Assembly (NCBI RefSeq): GCF_036971445.1
Contig: NC_091480.1
Coordinates: 6,634,001 to 6,698,000, forward strand
From: Narcine bancroftii
Lineage: Eukaryota
Length of the DNA: 64,000 bases
Direction: 5' to 3'
The number at the start of each line of letters is the position of its first letter. Within the stretch, counting starts at the first letter, position 1. A program made the translations under genes and the position numbers. The notes below the pieces were generated by a model, which searched no databases, was not told the origin of the DNA, and saw nothing but the letters and a program-made list of their open reading frames with translations. This document shows positions 1 through 11,900 of the stretch, in pieces.

Positions 1-190
1 CCCTCCACCATTTCATTCGGGAATCTGCCGACATTATTTCATACCTTGATGAAGGACTCAAACCTGAAACGTTGGTAATGTATCTTTATCTCTGCTCTAT
101 AAAGGACACTGTTTGACCTGCTGAGTTTCTCCAGCGTTGTGTTTTTACTTCAATCACAGTGTCTGCAGATTTTCGTGTTTGACTTTTGGA
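1..190 (+). mobile_element. Penelope-like terminal repeat with hammerhead-like core
   Basis: CTTGATGAAGGACTCAAACCTGAAACGTTGG followed by CCTGCTGAGTTTCTCCAGC; this repeat recurs many times in the window. Confidence 0.6.
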
Positions 191-2976
191 ATTACAGAAG
201 GAATCAATATAGAGAGATGTGTGTGATGACCTGAGCCATGTTCACAACTCTGTGCAGTTTCCGTTCCATGAGGTGAGACATCTTGACAGGATGATTCAGT
301 GGTGCACCTGTAGGGATTGTTAAAGGATCCATGTTGCCTCAGGTCAGAGGCGGAATGAACTCTCAATTTCTCCAGGCTTCTAATGAACTAGAGGCCAGAT
401 CCTCTGCAGACTTTCGTGGTTTACTGGAGGTGTTGAATCTCTTTCTTGGCCTTTGCATCGACGTGTATAGACCAGGACACGTGACTCAGGAACGTAAGGA
501 TGACCATTATCTCTGAAGCACTTTATCTTCAAAAACCATTTCTTCTTTCATCCTTCATTCTCTTGCAATATCATGAAAAATTCAACATGGAGAATGTTCG
601 TATAGGAGAGAGAATTATCTGTGGCAGGCTGTGTTTTCATCCATCGATGCAGGAGGTTTAAGTGCGGAGTAAAGCTCCCCCTAAACCAGGGGTGGCCAAC
701 CTTTTAATTTTTAATTTAGACATACAGCATGGTAACAGGCCATTTTGGCCCATGAGTACATACGGTGGGTGTAGGTTAATTGGGCATCACGGACTTGTGA
801 GTCTAAACTGTCCCATTGTCATAATAGGAAGGGGTAGATACTGAGCAAAGCTCCCTGTACACTCTGCCATAAATCGCACAGAAAGTGTTTATTCCTGTGC
901 TACTTCAACAAACACTACCAGGTCAGAGACCACCTTGCTTAGTCAAGGGTAAAACTCCAGATTGTGGTGTCTCTCACTCCCTGGACAGATACAGAATCTT
1001 TAACAAAGTTGTAATGTGTGATTTCCCAATTGACTGCCCAATGCCCTGCTATGACTTCCTTATTACAACACTCTAGCACTTTGCTGCTGACATCAGGCTA
1101 TTTGCTCCATGGTTCCCCATTTCCTCGCTCCCTCTTAACCCTTTTGACTCTGGCCATTTAAACCTTTCATAATGTATACTCTGGACTGGGTCCATGTGTA
1201 AACAACAGTACGAACACCAGTACGAACCAACTGGTAGTTAGGTATAAAACCAGTCACGGAAAACGGGGACATAGCGTTCCCTTCTGTTTTCTGTAGACAG
1301 TGGTGGTCCAACACCTTATCACCCTTGAGCAGTGTAGAACATTGTCGAATGACGCTGGGGGAATCTGGCAATCTGATGCCATCTTATCAAACTGTCCAAT
1401 CCTAGATCCTAATGGACAATCCTGAAGCATTCCACACACTCGATCTGATAAACTCTTCATCCACTGAAGACATCCATGTGGAGACACTGCCTCAAGAAGG
1501 CAGCCAACATCATAAAGGTCCCCAACCCCTGGTCACAACCTTTCCTCACTGCACCCTTCGGCAGTAGGTATAGGAACCTGAAGTCCACCCCCTCTAGGTT
1601 CAGGAATGGTTTTTTTTTTCAACAGTGATCAGGTTTTCAAACCTCCCCTATAAACTATTCTGACACCAAAAAAAGCCCTGTTTTCACTGTTGAAACCACA
1701 TTTTTTTCTTTCATTATGGATGACTCTGAATATTATCTGTTATGACAGCAAAAGACAGGAGCAGAATTAGGCTATTCAGGGCGTTGAGTTTGCCCTGCTG
1801 TCTAATCAAGAGCTGATCCATTTTCCCATGGATAATCATTTTTTTTACAAATACCCATTTGGCTGCAGAAAATAAGAATCTCACTGCATATGCACAATGT
1901 ATATAACAATGAACTCCTTATCACTTATCATCGGAGATGCGTATGTCCATGTATAGGTGTGAAATAATTTCATAGAGGATGAATCAAGAATAAAGTTTTT
2001 TTTTAGACCTTCAGCATTTCAGCCCATGAGCCCGTGCACCCAATTGACATATTACCCCAGTACATTTTGAAGGGTTTGAGGAAACCGTAGCACCCGGGGA
2101 AACCCCACGCAGACACAGGGAGAACGTATAAAACTCCTTACAGACGGCATGGGATTTGAAGCCAGGTCCTGATCGCTGGTGCTTTCTCAGTGTTGTGGTA
2201 ACCGTGCCGTCCAGTTTGGCCGGACTTTGGACTTTAGTGCCTGAATTTCAAGTTTTGTGTTTACATTTATTGTCACGTTTATTTTGTGTGCTATCCTGCA
2301 AGTTTATCTGTACCAAAGCACAGCAGGATAATACACAGTAGAGGGAGCAGTTTACAGTCAAAGATCCACTTGAACAGGGCAAGGTCAACGTGCACCTTGT
2401 ATTCAGTAAATCAGCCATTCTCAACCTTTTTTTGTTTATGGACCCCGAGGTCTCTGCTCAAAGTTTATGGGCTCCCTTCCCTGTGACACCGTCAAGTTTT
2501 GGTTTCTTCTACCAACTACATCAAAAATGTTTGTTATGGGAGGTGAAAACAAAACCAGGCTTGTACATTAATGAGCTGCAGTGGGCCACTGTTGAGAATG
2601 GCTGCAAATATGTCTGATTAACCCTGTTCTGTTTTCCATGTTTTGAACACAAATGACTGGATCTCGTCACTCAGGGAATTTAGTGCAGTAAGACAGAGGT
2701 GTTGTGATTCCCGCTGCCCTCTCGATGTAAAGGACACCCCTCCCCCTGGGCACCTCACTGTTGTCCTTTGGCAATGCTTACCCCTTATCCAATATCACTC
2801 AAGCAGGTCATCTGCTTAGTTACCCCATTGCTGGTTGTTGGATCTACCTTTGCTCAAATTGATCACTGAATTTTCTTCTTTGCAACAGCCGCTACTACCT
2901 TTGGCATGTCCTAAGGTTGAGGAATATGTATTATTCATATTTTATTCAAGGGTCTTTTTCTTTGCTTATTTGTTAG

Positions 2977-5900
2977 ATTAATTTCCAACTTGTGCTTCAT
3001 ATTCAAATGCAACTGGGTGAAGAATCACTTCAGGATTGGATCTCGGAAAGGAATTCCAGGCCAAGGGAAGAGCTGGCATTTACTTGTGAGTACCTTAAAT
3101 CTCTGTTACACCTTGCTTATTGTATTAACTGGCTTCAAAGCCCTTCTTTCTGATGAAATTAACATTGAAACTGCAAAGTGCGATTTTCATCTGTTTAGAT
3201 CACAAGATAAATGAACAGAAGTAGGCCATTTGGCCCTTTGAGTCTGCTCTGCCACTCCACCATGATCTAAACCATTCCTACATTTAGTTCCAATTTCTGG
3301 CCTTTTCTCCATATCCCTTGATACCCTGATTTGATACCTATCAATCTTCCCCCAATGATCCAGCCTCCACAGTTGGATGTAGCAACAAATCCACGATCCT
3401 TTGGCTAAATAAATTTCTCCTCATCTCTGTTTTAGTTCTAAGACTCTGCCCTCTTGTCCTGGCAGCTCTCTTTTCTCTGGTGAAGTTGGATTGCACCCTT
3501 CAAATATTCCGTCAGCTCCTCGAGGGAGTGCGCTTCATCCACTCCAAGGGCGTCATACACAGAGACCTGAAGGTAAGTTAAACCAGAAAGTCTGGAGATG
3601 CTCAGGTCGAGTGCAGCACACAAAAAAAACACTGGAGAAACTCAGCAGGTCTGCAATGCCTTGGGCCTGGAATAAGGAGTGAAGGGTAACCAATGTTTCG
3701 GGGCTGGTTTGGGCTGTGTGACCTGGTGTATTTCTCCAACATGTTTCTGCATTGACCTGAGTGTAAGTCAGCATCTTAAAAGCTCAGTGGAAGATAACAG
3801 CAGATAATGGTGAGGAAGAAGAGCCCACTCTACTCTTTATGCTAAAGCTGGATCTTTGGATCACCACACATTTGACCTCTTCAAGGCTGAATACAGGGTT
3901 AATGGTCAGATATTTTACAGTGTAGAGGTACATAGGGACCTTTGGGTCCAAATAGAAACATCTCCTGAGGTCGCCAGGCAGGTGGATAGGATAGTTAAGA
4001 AGGCCGAGGGGATGCTGGGCTTCGTTAGTCGGGGGATTGAGTTCAAGAGTCGAAAGGTCATGTTGCAACTTGACAAATCTCTGGTGAGATCACTCTTAGA
4101 AAATTGTGCTCCATTCCAATCACTTCATTATAGAATGTGGAAGATACGGAGAGGGTGCAGGGAAGATTTATCAGGATGATGCATAGATTGGAAAGTAAGT
4201 CTGGTGAGGCAACTAAGTCTATATCTCTGCAGACTCTCCATATCATCTGCACAATTTGCATTTCCACTCAATTTCATGTCAGCAAAGACTGCACTCTGTC
4301 CCCTCTTCCTAGTCATTTGTAAATATGAACAGTTGTGGGCCCAGCACCGACCCCAATGGCACCCTGCTCACCACCAATTGCCAACCAGAAAAAAAGTGCC
4401 CTGCACCCCCAAAATCTACTTTCTATTCTTTAACCAATCTTCTATCCATTTTTATACATCTCCCCCAATTCCATACATCCTTATCTTCAGTAAATGCGGC
4501 ACCCTATCGAACGACTTCTGGAAATCCAGGTAAACAACGTCCACCTGCTCCCCTCGATCTCCTTCAAAGAATTCCAGTAAATTTGTCAAACAGGACCTGC
4601 ATTCCAGGCACCCACCACTCTCTGTCTTTAAAAAAAACCCCAAAACAAACAAAAAAAAAACACCTCATCTCTGACATCCCCCCTCCTTAATATTTCCTCC
4701 ATTCATCTGAACTGATGTCCTCTGGTATTTGCTATGGTCGTCCCAGGAAAAAGGAGCCGACTGTCTATCTAAACCCATCATAGTCCTCTATACTGCTATT
4801 AAATCACCTCACATCCTTCTGAAACAGTTTCTCCATTTTAATTTTTTCAACGTCCTACCCTTCAATATCCACAGAACCACCTTAGCTCTAAGGAGGGCAG
4901 TTTCATCTTCTTTAATTAAGTGATGGAGTTGGTCTCATGTTAAATTACACCTACTTTTGTATTTGCTAAGCAACCTCAAGGATTGAAACCTTGCTTTAGT
5001 TTCATAGTTATCATTTAGGAACCTCGCTCCATATTTATGGAAGAACAGTTGTCAGAAGTAAAATCTGCTTTCAAATAGTGACTCTTGCATGTTTTCAGGA
5101 CATTTCAAAGTGCTTTACAGGCAACAAAATATTTTGTAAATTGTGGCACTTTGCTCAGCCAACCATCATTTAGAAAAAAAACTGTGATAATGACCTGCCC
5201 CTTTGCAAAATAATTTAGATTTCCTTCTTGTGACACAGAAGGAGGCCATTTTGCCCATCGGGTTTTTGCAAGCTCCCAGTCACCCCATTCCCCGACTCCG
5301 CATTTCCCTGCAATTTATCCTCCCTCACGGACCCATCGACTGATTCTTTTTGCCACTTGCAGGCGCAGCAGGCTGAATAACCTAACGGCATGTCATTGGG
5401 ATGTGGGAGGAAAGGCAGACAGGGAGAACAGGCTGACTTCGCACGGTCAACACCCAAGATCAGCATGAACGCAGGGCCGTGGAGCTGCGGGTCAGCATCA
5501 CTAACTGCTGCACCACTGTGCTGCCCTGCAAAGGGTTTAAATTAAAAATATATTTACAGCACGGTAGAAGCTGATTCTGGTCATTTTAACCTGTGGTGCC
5601 CAATTACATCCAATTGACTTATAACCCCCAGTGCGTTTCGAATGGTGGGAGGAAACCTACGCAGACATGGGGAGAACTTACAAACTCCTCACGGACAGCG
5701 CCAGATTCAATCCCGATCGCTGATGCTGTAACAGCATCACACTAACCTTGAAGTCTAGTAGGTTGTAAAATGGACTCACAGCTACTTTTGGCAGAAGGTG
5801 ACCACTCGGCCCATTGAGCTGAAATGGTACCAAGACTAATTCCCCCTCTTGCCTGCTCTTAGTCCATGGTTTTCAAGGATCAATCTTGCTTGTCAAATAA

Positions 5901-8900
5901 AAGGAGAATTTGTTTCTGTCTCCCCTTGGTTGAGTAGATCCAAAACCTATCACTCCACTAAATGAAATATAAATGGCAGCTCGATGCTAACAATTAAATC
6001 TGCTCATCCTGGTTTAATATTAGATATAGTGACAAGGCCTTCTCTCTCAGGCTGGAAGGTAGCTTGAACATAGCAGTAAAGGTGTGTTCAATGCTGAGGC
6101 ACATCCTCACCACCTCTTGACATTCAACTCTACCCGTTGCTCTTTCCCACGTGTTTGATTTCTATTACTCAGCATGAATAAAATCTGGAGGAAAAGCGGC
6201 TTTACTCTCTTATGTACTCAGGGACGTAAGCAGAAGGCCATTTGGCCCCTCATGCCTATGCTGCCCTATTCAGAGGTTCAGGCAAGTGGAAAGGTTGACG
6301 GGGTGTAAAAATCCAAAAGCCTCATTGGGCAGCACGGTTAGAGTAGCGGTTAGTGTGATGCTGTTACAGCGTCAGCGATTGGGACCTCGCGCTGTCTGTA
6401 AGGAATTTCTACGTTCTCCCTGTGTTTTGTAGATTTTCCCCAGTGGCTCCGGTTTCCTCCCACCCTTAAAAACATACCGGATGTTATGGGTCATTTGGGT
6501 GTAATTTGTTGGCAAGCGCTCGTGGACCGAAGTGGCCTAATATCCTGCTGTATGTCTAAGTTAAGTAAGTTAAGTTAAATTGAGGGAAGCAGTCAGGTTC
6601 TTTTTATTTTTTTCTCGAGTCAATGGGAGGCTGGGCATTACTGATTCAGAGGTGCAGGCCATCAAGGCTGAAATCGAGTCTATCCTGGGCTCTGGGTTCC
6701 TGCTGCTCGTCCAGGCCTTCCTCCACCTCCTCCAGCCGCTTGGCATAGTCCTGGTACCCACAGACAAAGCGCCAGAGCGGGGCAGGCAGGAGTTGCTGGG
6801 CTCGGCTGCGGGGATGGGCCCTGCGGACTGCCACCCGGCAGAGGTGGAGCAGAGATGGTGGCTCCCGGCACAAGGCTTGCAGGAACTCAAGGTGCCGGCG
6901 GGACTCCAAGCCTCGCAGGCCACCGGGTAGCTCTCCGCTGGTGCCGGAGATGCGAGGCGGGCAGGACAGGCTGAGCAGCTTGGCCAGCAACCGGCGGTGC
7001 TGTAAGTTGGGACGGCACTCCAGGAAGAGGGCAAGGGGGGTCTTGCCCAGCTCAGTGCGTAGGCCCAGGTTGGCCCCGTGCTCCAGCAACAAGTCCACCA
7101 CATCCTCCCGGCCGCCAAAGCAGGCCTCATGGGCTGGTGACCTGCCTTGCCAGTCGCAGGCGTCCACAGACGCTCCTGCCGCCAGCAGCGCCCGCACGCA
7201 GTTCAGCCCAGCTCCCAGAAGCCGGCCAGCCTTGCCCGAGGCAGCGCCTACAGCCAGCTGGAGGGGTGTGCAGCCGCTGCCTGGCACCCGCGAGTCCACC
7301 CAGGCCCCCCGGCCCAGCAGCTCCTCGGCAACCCGCCAGTCCAGCAGCCCGCTGGCCATGTGCAGTGGCGTCATGCCGTGCTGGTCTTCAGCCTCCAGGT
7401 CAGCCCCGTGGCGAGCCAGCACAGCCACAGCCGGCCAGGCCCCCTGCTGAACGGCCAAGTGCAATGGTGTGTCCCGACATTCAGCACCGACTGTGGCGTT
7501 GACATCCACGCCATTCTGGCAGAGCAGGCGGAGGCAGGCCTCAGCCCGATTCTGCATGGATGCCATGGCCCTCTCGAACTTGGTCTTGGGGATGATCCAC
7601 TCCTGGGCAATGTTCGGCCAGTGGGTGAGGATGAGGTGCAGCGGCCTTCGACCTCTGGCATCCCTAGGATAGACAGAGAGAGAGATCCCATCACCAGAAT
7701 GAAGCAACATTTACTAACTTATACAGGTACTCCTCAACTTACAACTTACAACTGTAATTGGGTCCAAACGATCGGTCGTATCTTGAGATGGACTCGAGTT
7801 GGAATTTTGCCTGTGCGCCTGGAGTACTGAAGTCTTAAAGCAAACTTTTTAAATCGTATCTTTTTTTCATCATAGATTTAACCATAATAACTTCAACCTT
7901 CCTGAATTTGTCAACCAACCTTGGCAAATTTTTCCACCTTCTGATCCATGCTTACCTTGTTAGTCAGCGTCCCGGGGTCTGTAGGCTGGGCATGGCCATC
8001 TTGATTCCTGTGCGCATGCGTGAGTCTTCGGATGGCGCATGCGCGGTGGGTTTGCATATTGGAATTAATTTGGCATGCGCAGGAGTTAACCGCCCTAATG
8101 ATATTGAATTTCCGCCCTTAACTCTCGCACATGTACCAACCGAACTCCAATACGTGAACCCACCTCGCATGCACTTACCAAAGACATGTGCACAGGGATC
8201 AAGATAGCTGCGCCCAGCCTACAGACCCCTGAGACGTCAAGTAACAAGGTAAGTACACACATTTGGCTCTTGCATGCCCTGTATCCCTGTTATAGTTTTT
8301 AAAATACAACATAAACAGCGTAAATTTTATATATTTTCTTTATATATATTTTTAAATTTTTGGTCCTATGTGCAGATGGATGTGTTGAATAGATGGCAAG
8401 TCAGGAGTACCTGTACCATATATGCTCATGTAATTGTCAAATGTTTTGGATCATAAAATGGAGAGGAAAGGTCAACTTTTTCACAGGAGCTCGTTAAAGG
8501 CATCAGGAACTTGGATGGCCAGGACTGTGTGATAACTCCATGGTCGGGGGCATTTGGGAGCTCAGATGGGCAGGCGGCTGGGGCGTCAGGACCTCCAGTG
8601 GGCAGGTGGCCATGGCGAAGGTCCGCTGTCGTGGCGTCCGAAGCTCAGAAGGCTGGGGCCAAAAATAAGGGGGTGGGGGGGGGAGTCGACTTTTACATGT
8701 AAAGCATGCAACTTTTGGGCCAAATGAAAGGGGAGTTTGACCATGACACGATATCGATGATTACACGAATATATACGATAAAACCATGAGACGAGCAGAA
8801 TAGTTTCCACTGGCAGGCAAATCCAGAAATAGGGGACATTCAAGATTCCATTCTAGTCATGTAATAGCACAGAACATGTAATGAATAGTACATGAAATTG

Positions 8901-11900
8901 GCTTCTGCCTGCTGTAAGGTAGGCAATGAGTCATCATTAGTATTGCCCAACATAGTACGAGAGAAAGAGAAACAAAAGAGAGTCCCTTTAGAGTCACTGA
9001 GAGTCCGTGGATTGGTCTCCAGTTCTCCCGCAGCCTCTGCAGCTGGATAGACTCCTGTTTGATCCATTGGCCACCCAAGCTCCAGATCCAAACCTCCGAC
9101 ATAATCAGGAAGCCTTCAGGGCCCAAGGCCCCATTCAGTAGCCCTTCTTGCCCTCAGCATGCTCTCAAATCCCAGCTCTAATACCTCATTCCCATGATCC
9201 AGTCTCCAGTAGCCTTTCCAGGTCACCTATCCGCAAGTCACCTGCAGCCTGAGTGAGACCCTCAGTTGCTGAGACGGCCTGATTCGAACCCAGGTCTCTT
9301 GCACTATAAAAAGCATTATGCTAACTGTGCAGCCATTAATGTATGGGAGGTTTGGTGCCATTTCACCATCCTGTAGGGTCATCTCTGCTTCTCAACTGGG
9401 GGTGTACTTCACGTTTCTGGGGCCCTACATCGGACCTCTGCTCCCCCAGAGATTGGGCCGAGTTTGGCAATGTGTTCAGTATAGATGTTGTGGGCTGAAG
9501 AGCCGTTCCTGTTCTGTTTTATGTTCCGAAACCAGTTTCCATTGGAGAAGGGTCACCCACATCCAACAAGGGCAGGACAGATGCTCCCACTTACTTTGCC
9601 TCCAGATCCGCCTGATGCTGAATCAAGCATTCCAAGCTCTTCACCTTTCGATATACTGCGGCTAAGTGGATCGGAAGGATGGACAACCCCTGAGGATGAT
9701 GGAAATCAGATTATTAATTGGAAAGCAAAACCAAAACTGCAAAACAAATACTCATCAGACTAGGTGGCATTTGATGGAGGCTGAAGGTTTTATATTAAAA
9801 TTAAAATTTAGACATACAGGATGGAGATGCAATTTCCTTAGTTACGAGATGAATGAGGTTATAAAGGAAATAAAGTATGGTAATGCAAGATTTTAAGGTG
9901 ATTGGCAAATGAACTAGAGGCATCAAAAATAAACTTTGTTCCTGTACACTGAACATCAGCGATTTAGAACATGGTGCCTGATCAGTGGTGGGTAGAGTGA
10001 TAGAAACAGGCCCTTCAGCCCATCAGAGCTGTGTTAACATGCTCCCAACTGCATAACATCCATTTTTCCTCTTGCTTTCTCATCCCCCCTGCACACGAGG
10101 AGCAATTTACGAAAGCCAATTTATTTACAATGTGGTAGAAGACAATTCTGGCCATTTAAACCCATGCCATCCAATGAACTTACCAACCCCGTGCATTTTG
10201 GAGGGTGGGAGGAAACCGGAGTGCCCAGAGAAAACCCATGCAGACATGGGGAGAACATGCAAACTCCTTACAGACAGGGCCAGATTCAAACCCAGGTCTC
10301 TTGCCCTGTAAAAACGTTGCACTAATCATGCACCCAATTAACGTATGGGAGGAACCCCCCCCCCCCCCCACCAATGTGGTCACAAGAAGGTGCAAACTCT
10401 ACACAGACTGCAACCAAGGTTAGGATTGAAGCTGGGCTCCCGAGCTGTGAGGCAGTGACTCTACCCCACTGTACCTCCCAATGAGGGACGGAGGATGGGG
10501 TGGGGGGGGAGGGGATTTCACTTGGGAATGGATAAATCTCGAAGGAAAAAATGTTCCAGAGATGTAAAGTGCTCTTTGAAAGGACCAGAATCAACTCAGT
10601 GAGCAAAATGGCCTCATTCTTTTGCTGTATTTTTTTTAGTCAACCTGCCTCTAAATGCATGGAAGGTCATTCTCTATACATGGGGTTTTACTGCCAAATG
10701 AGTGAGGGGAGGATCCCACGGTTCTTGAAACTAGCCATTCTCAACCTTACTTTCGTCTATGCCCCCCCCCCCCCCCCCCCCCAGGACTCTGCTCAGATTT
10801 TATGGGATCCCTTCCGTGTGAAGCCGATAAGTTTTGGTTTCTTCCACACTTCCCTCGTACCGATTACATAAAAATATTTATGTGACGGGAGGTGAAAATA
10901 AAACAAGGTTTTTAGTTAAATGTGCTGTGGGCCTCATTGAGAATACTGCTTTAAATTTCACCCCCCCCCCCCAACTCCTTTAAGCATGCAGATTCCAAGA
11001 AATCCCGATGAAATTATATTAGTAGACCATTCTTATGACTGATGGTTGAGACAATATCAAACTTTGAGCAGACGCTGTTCTTGCCTGAATTTGATAGATG
11101 AGCATCAGGGCACAGTTTCTCCACATGGTTATGGACTCGTTGACAGGATGCAGCTTCAGTAAGCTTGTAATCTGCTTTTGGTCATCTTTCATTATAGCGT
11201 CATAGAGTTTGGCGTGGAGATCATTGAACTCAGCTTGGCATTCACACATGCTGGTGAGTGCCCGATTCCACAGCAGCGGTTCCATGCAGAGTGAGCGTTC
11301 AACCGCAGAGCAGCTTCTGCTGGCAAGCTGGGAGCCAATAAGTAACTCGGGGGGGAGGGGGAGGTCCGCTCGTGCGGCAGAATGGGTATCCCCTCAGCTT
11401 CCCTTGCGCTTGAATGTGCAGCAAAGGGTTCCTGTTGGGAGTGACGCCAGGATGATTTTGATTAGTTTCAGGTTGCGATGGCAGCGGATTGTGACAGCGT
11501 GTCCACGTGTTCCAGGCGGAATTTTCGTTGCCCCCTCACCTTGAGTGGAATTTCAGAATCTTGACCACCCACAGTGATCTGGTGCCATTTGTCTGAGTTC
11601 ACACTGATACCGGTTATGGTGAACTGGTCCAAATCTTTACATAACCAATTGAAACACAGAAATAGTGGAGGAACTCAGCAGGTCTCGCATTGTTCATTGG
11701 AGGTAAAGATATATAACCAACATTTCAGGTTTGAGCCCTTCCTCAAGGTACTTACCGTATATCTTATACACTCATACAGTGTATACTTATAGTATATCTG
11801 TCAAGCCTGAGCCCTTCCTCAAGGTACTTACAGTATATCTTATACACTCATACAGTGTATACTTATACAGTATATCTGACAGGCCTGAGCCCTTCCTCAA

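Noticed and set aside
377-494. Exon-like segment (ttctccag|GCT...GAAC|gtaagg) upstream of the first EIF2AK1 exon found
   Set aside because: It ends in phase 1 while exon 2977 needs phase 0, and it has no recognisable HRI similarity.
6941-7830. Long plus-strand ORFs (169 aa, 227 aa)
   Set aside because: Antisense shadows of the GC-rich ANKRD61 exon 3.
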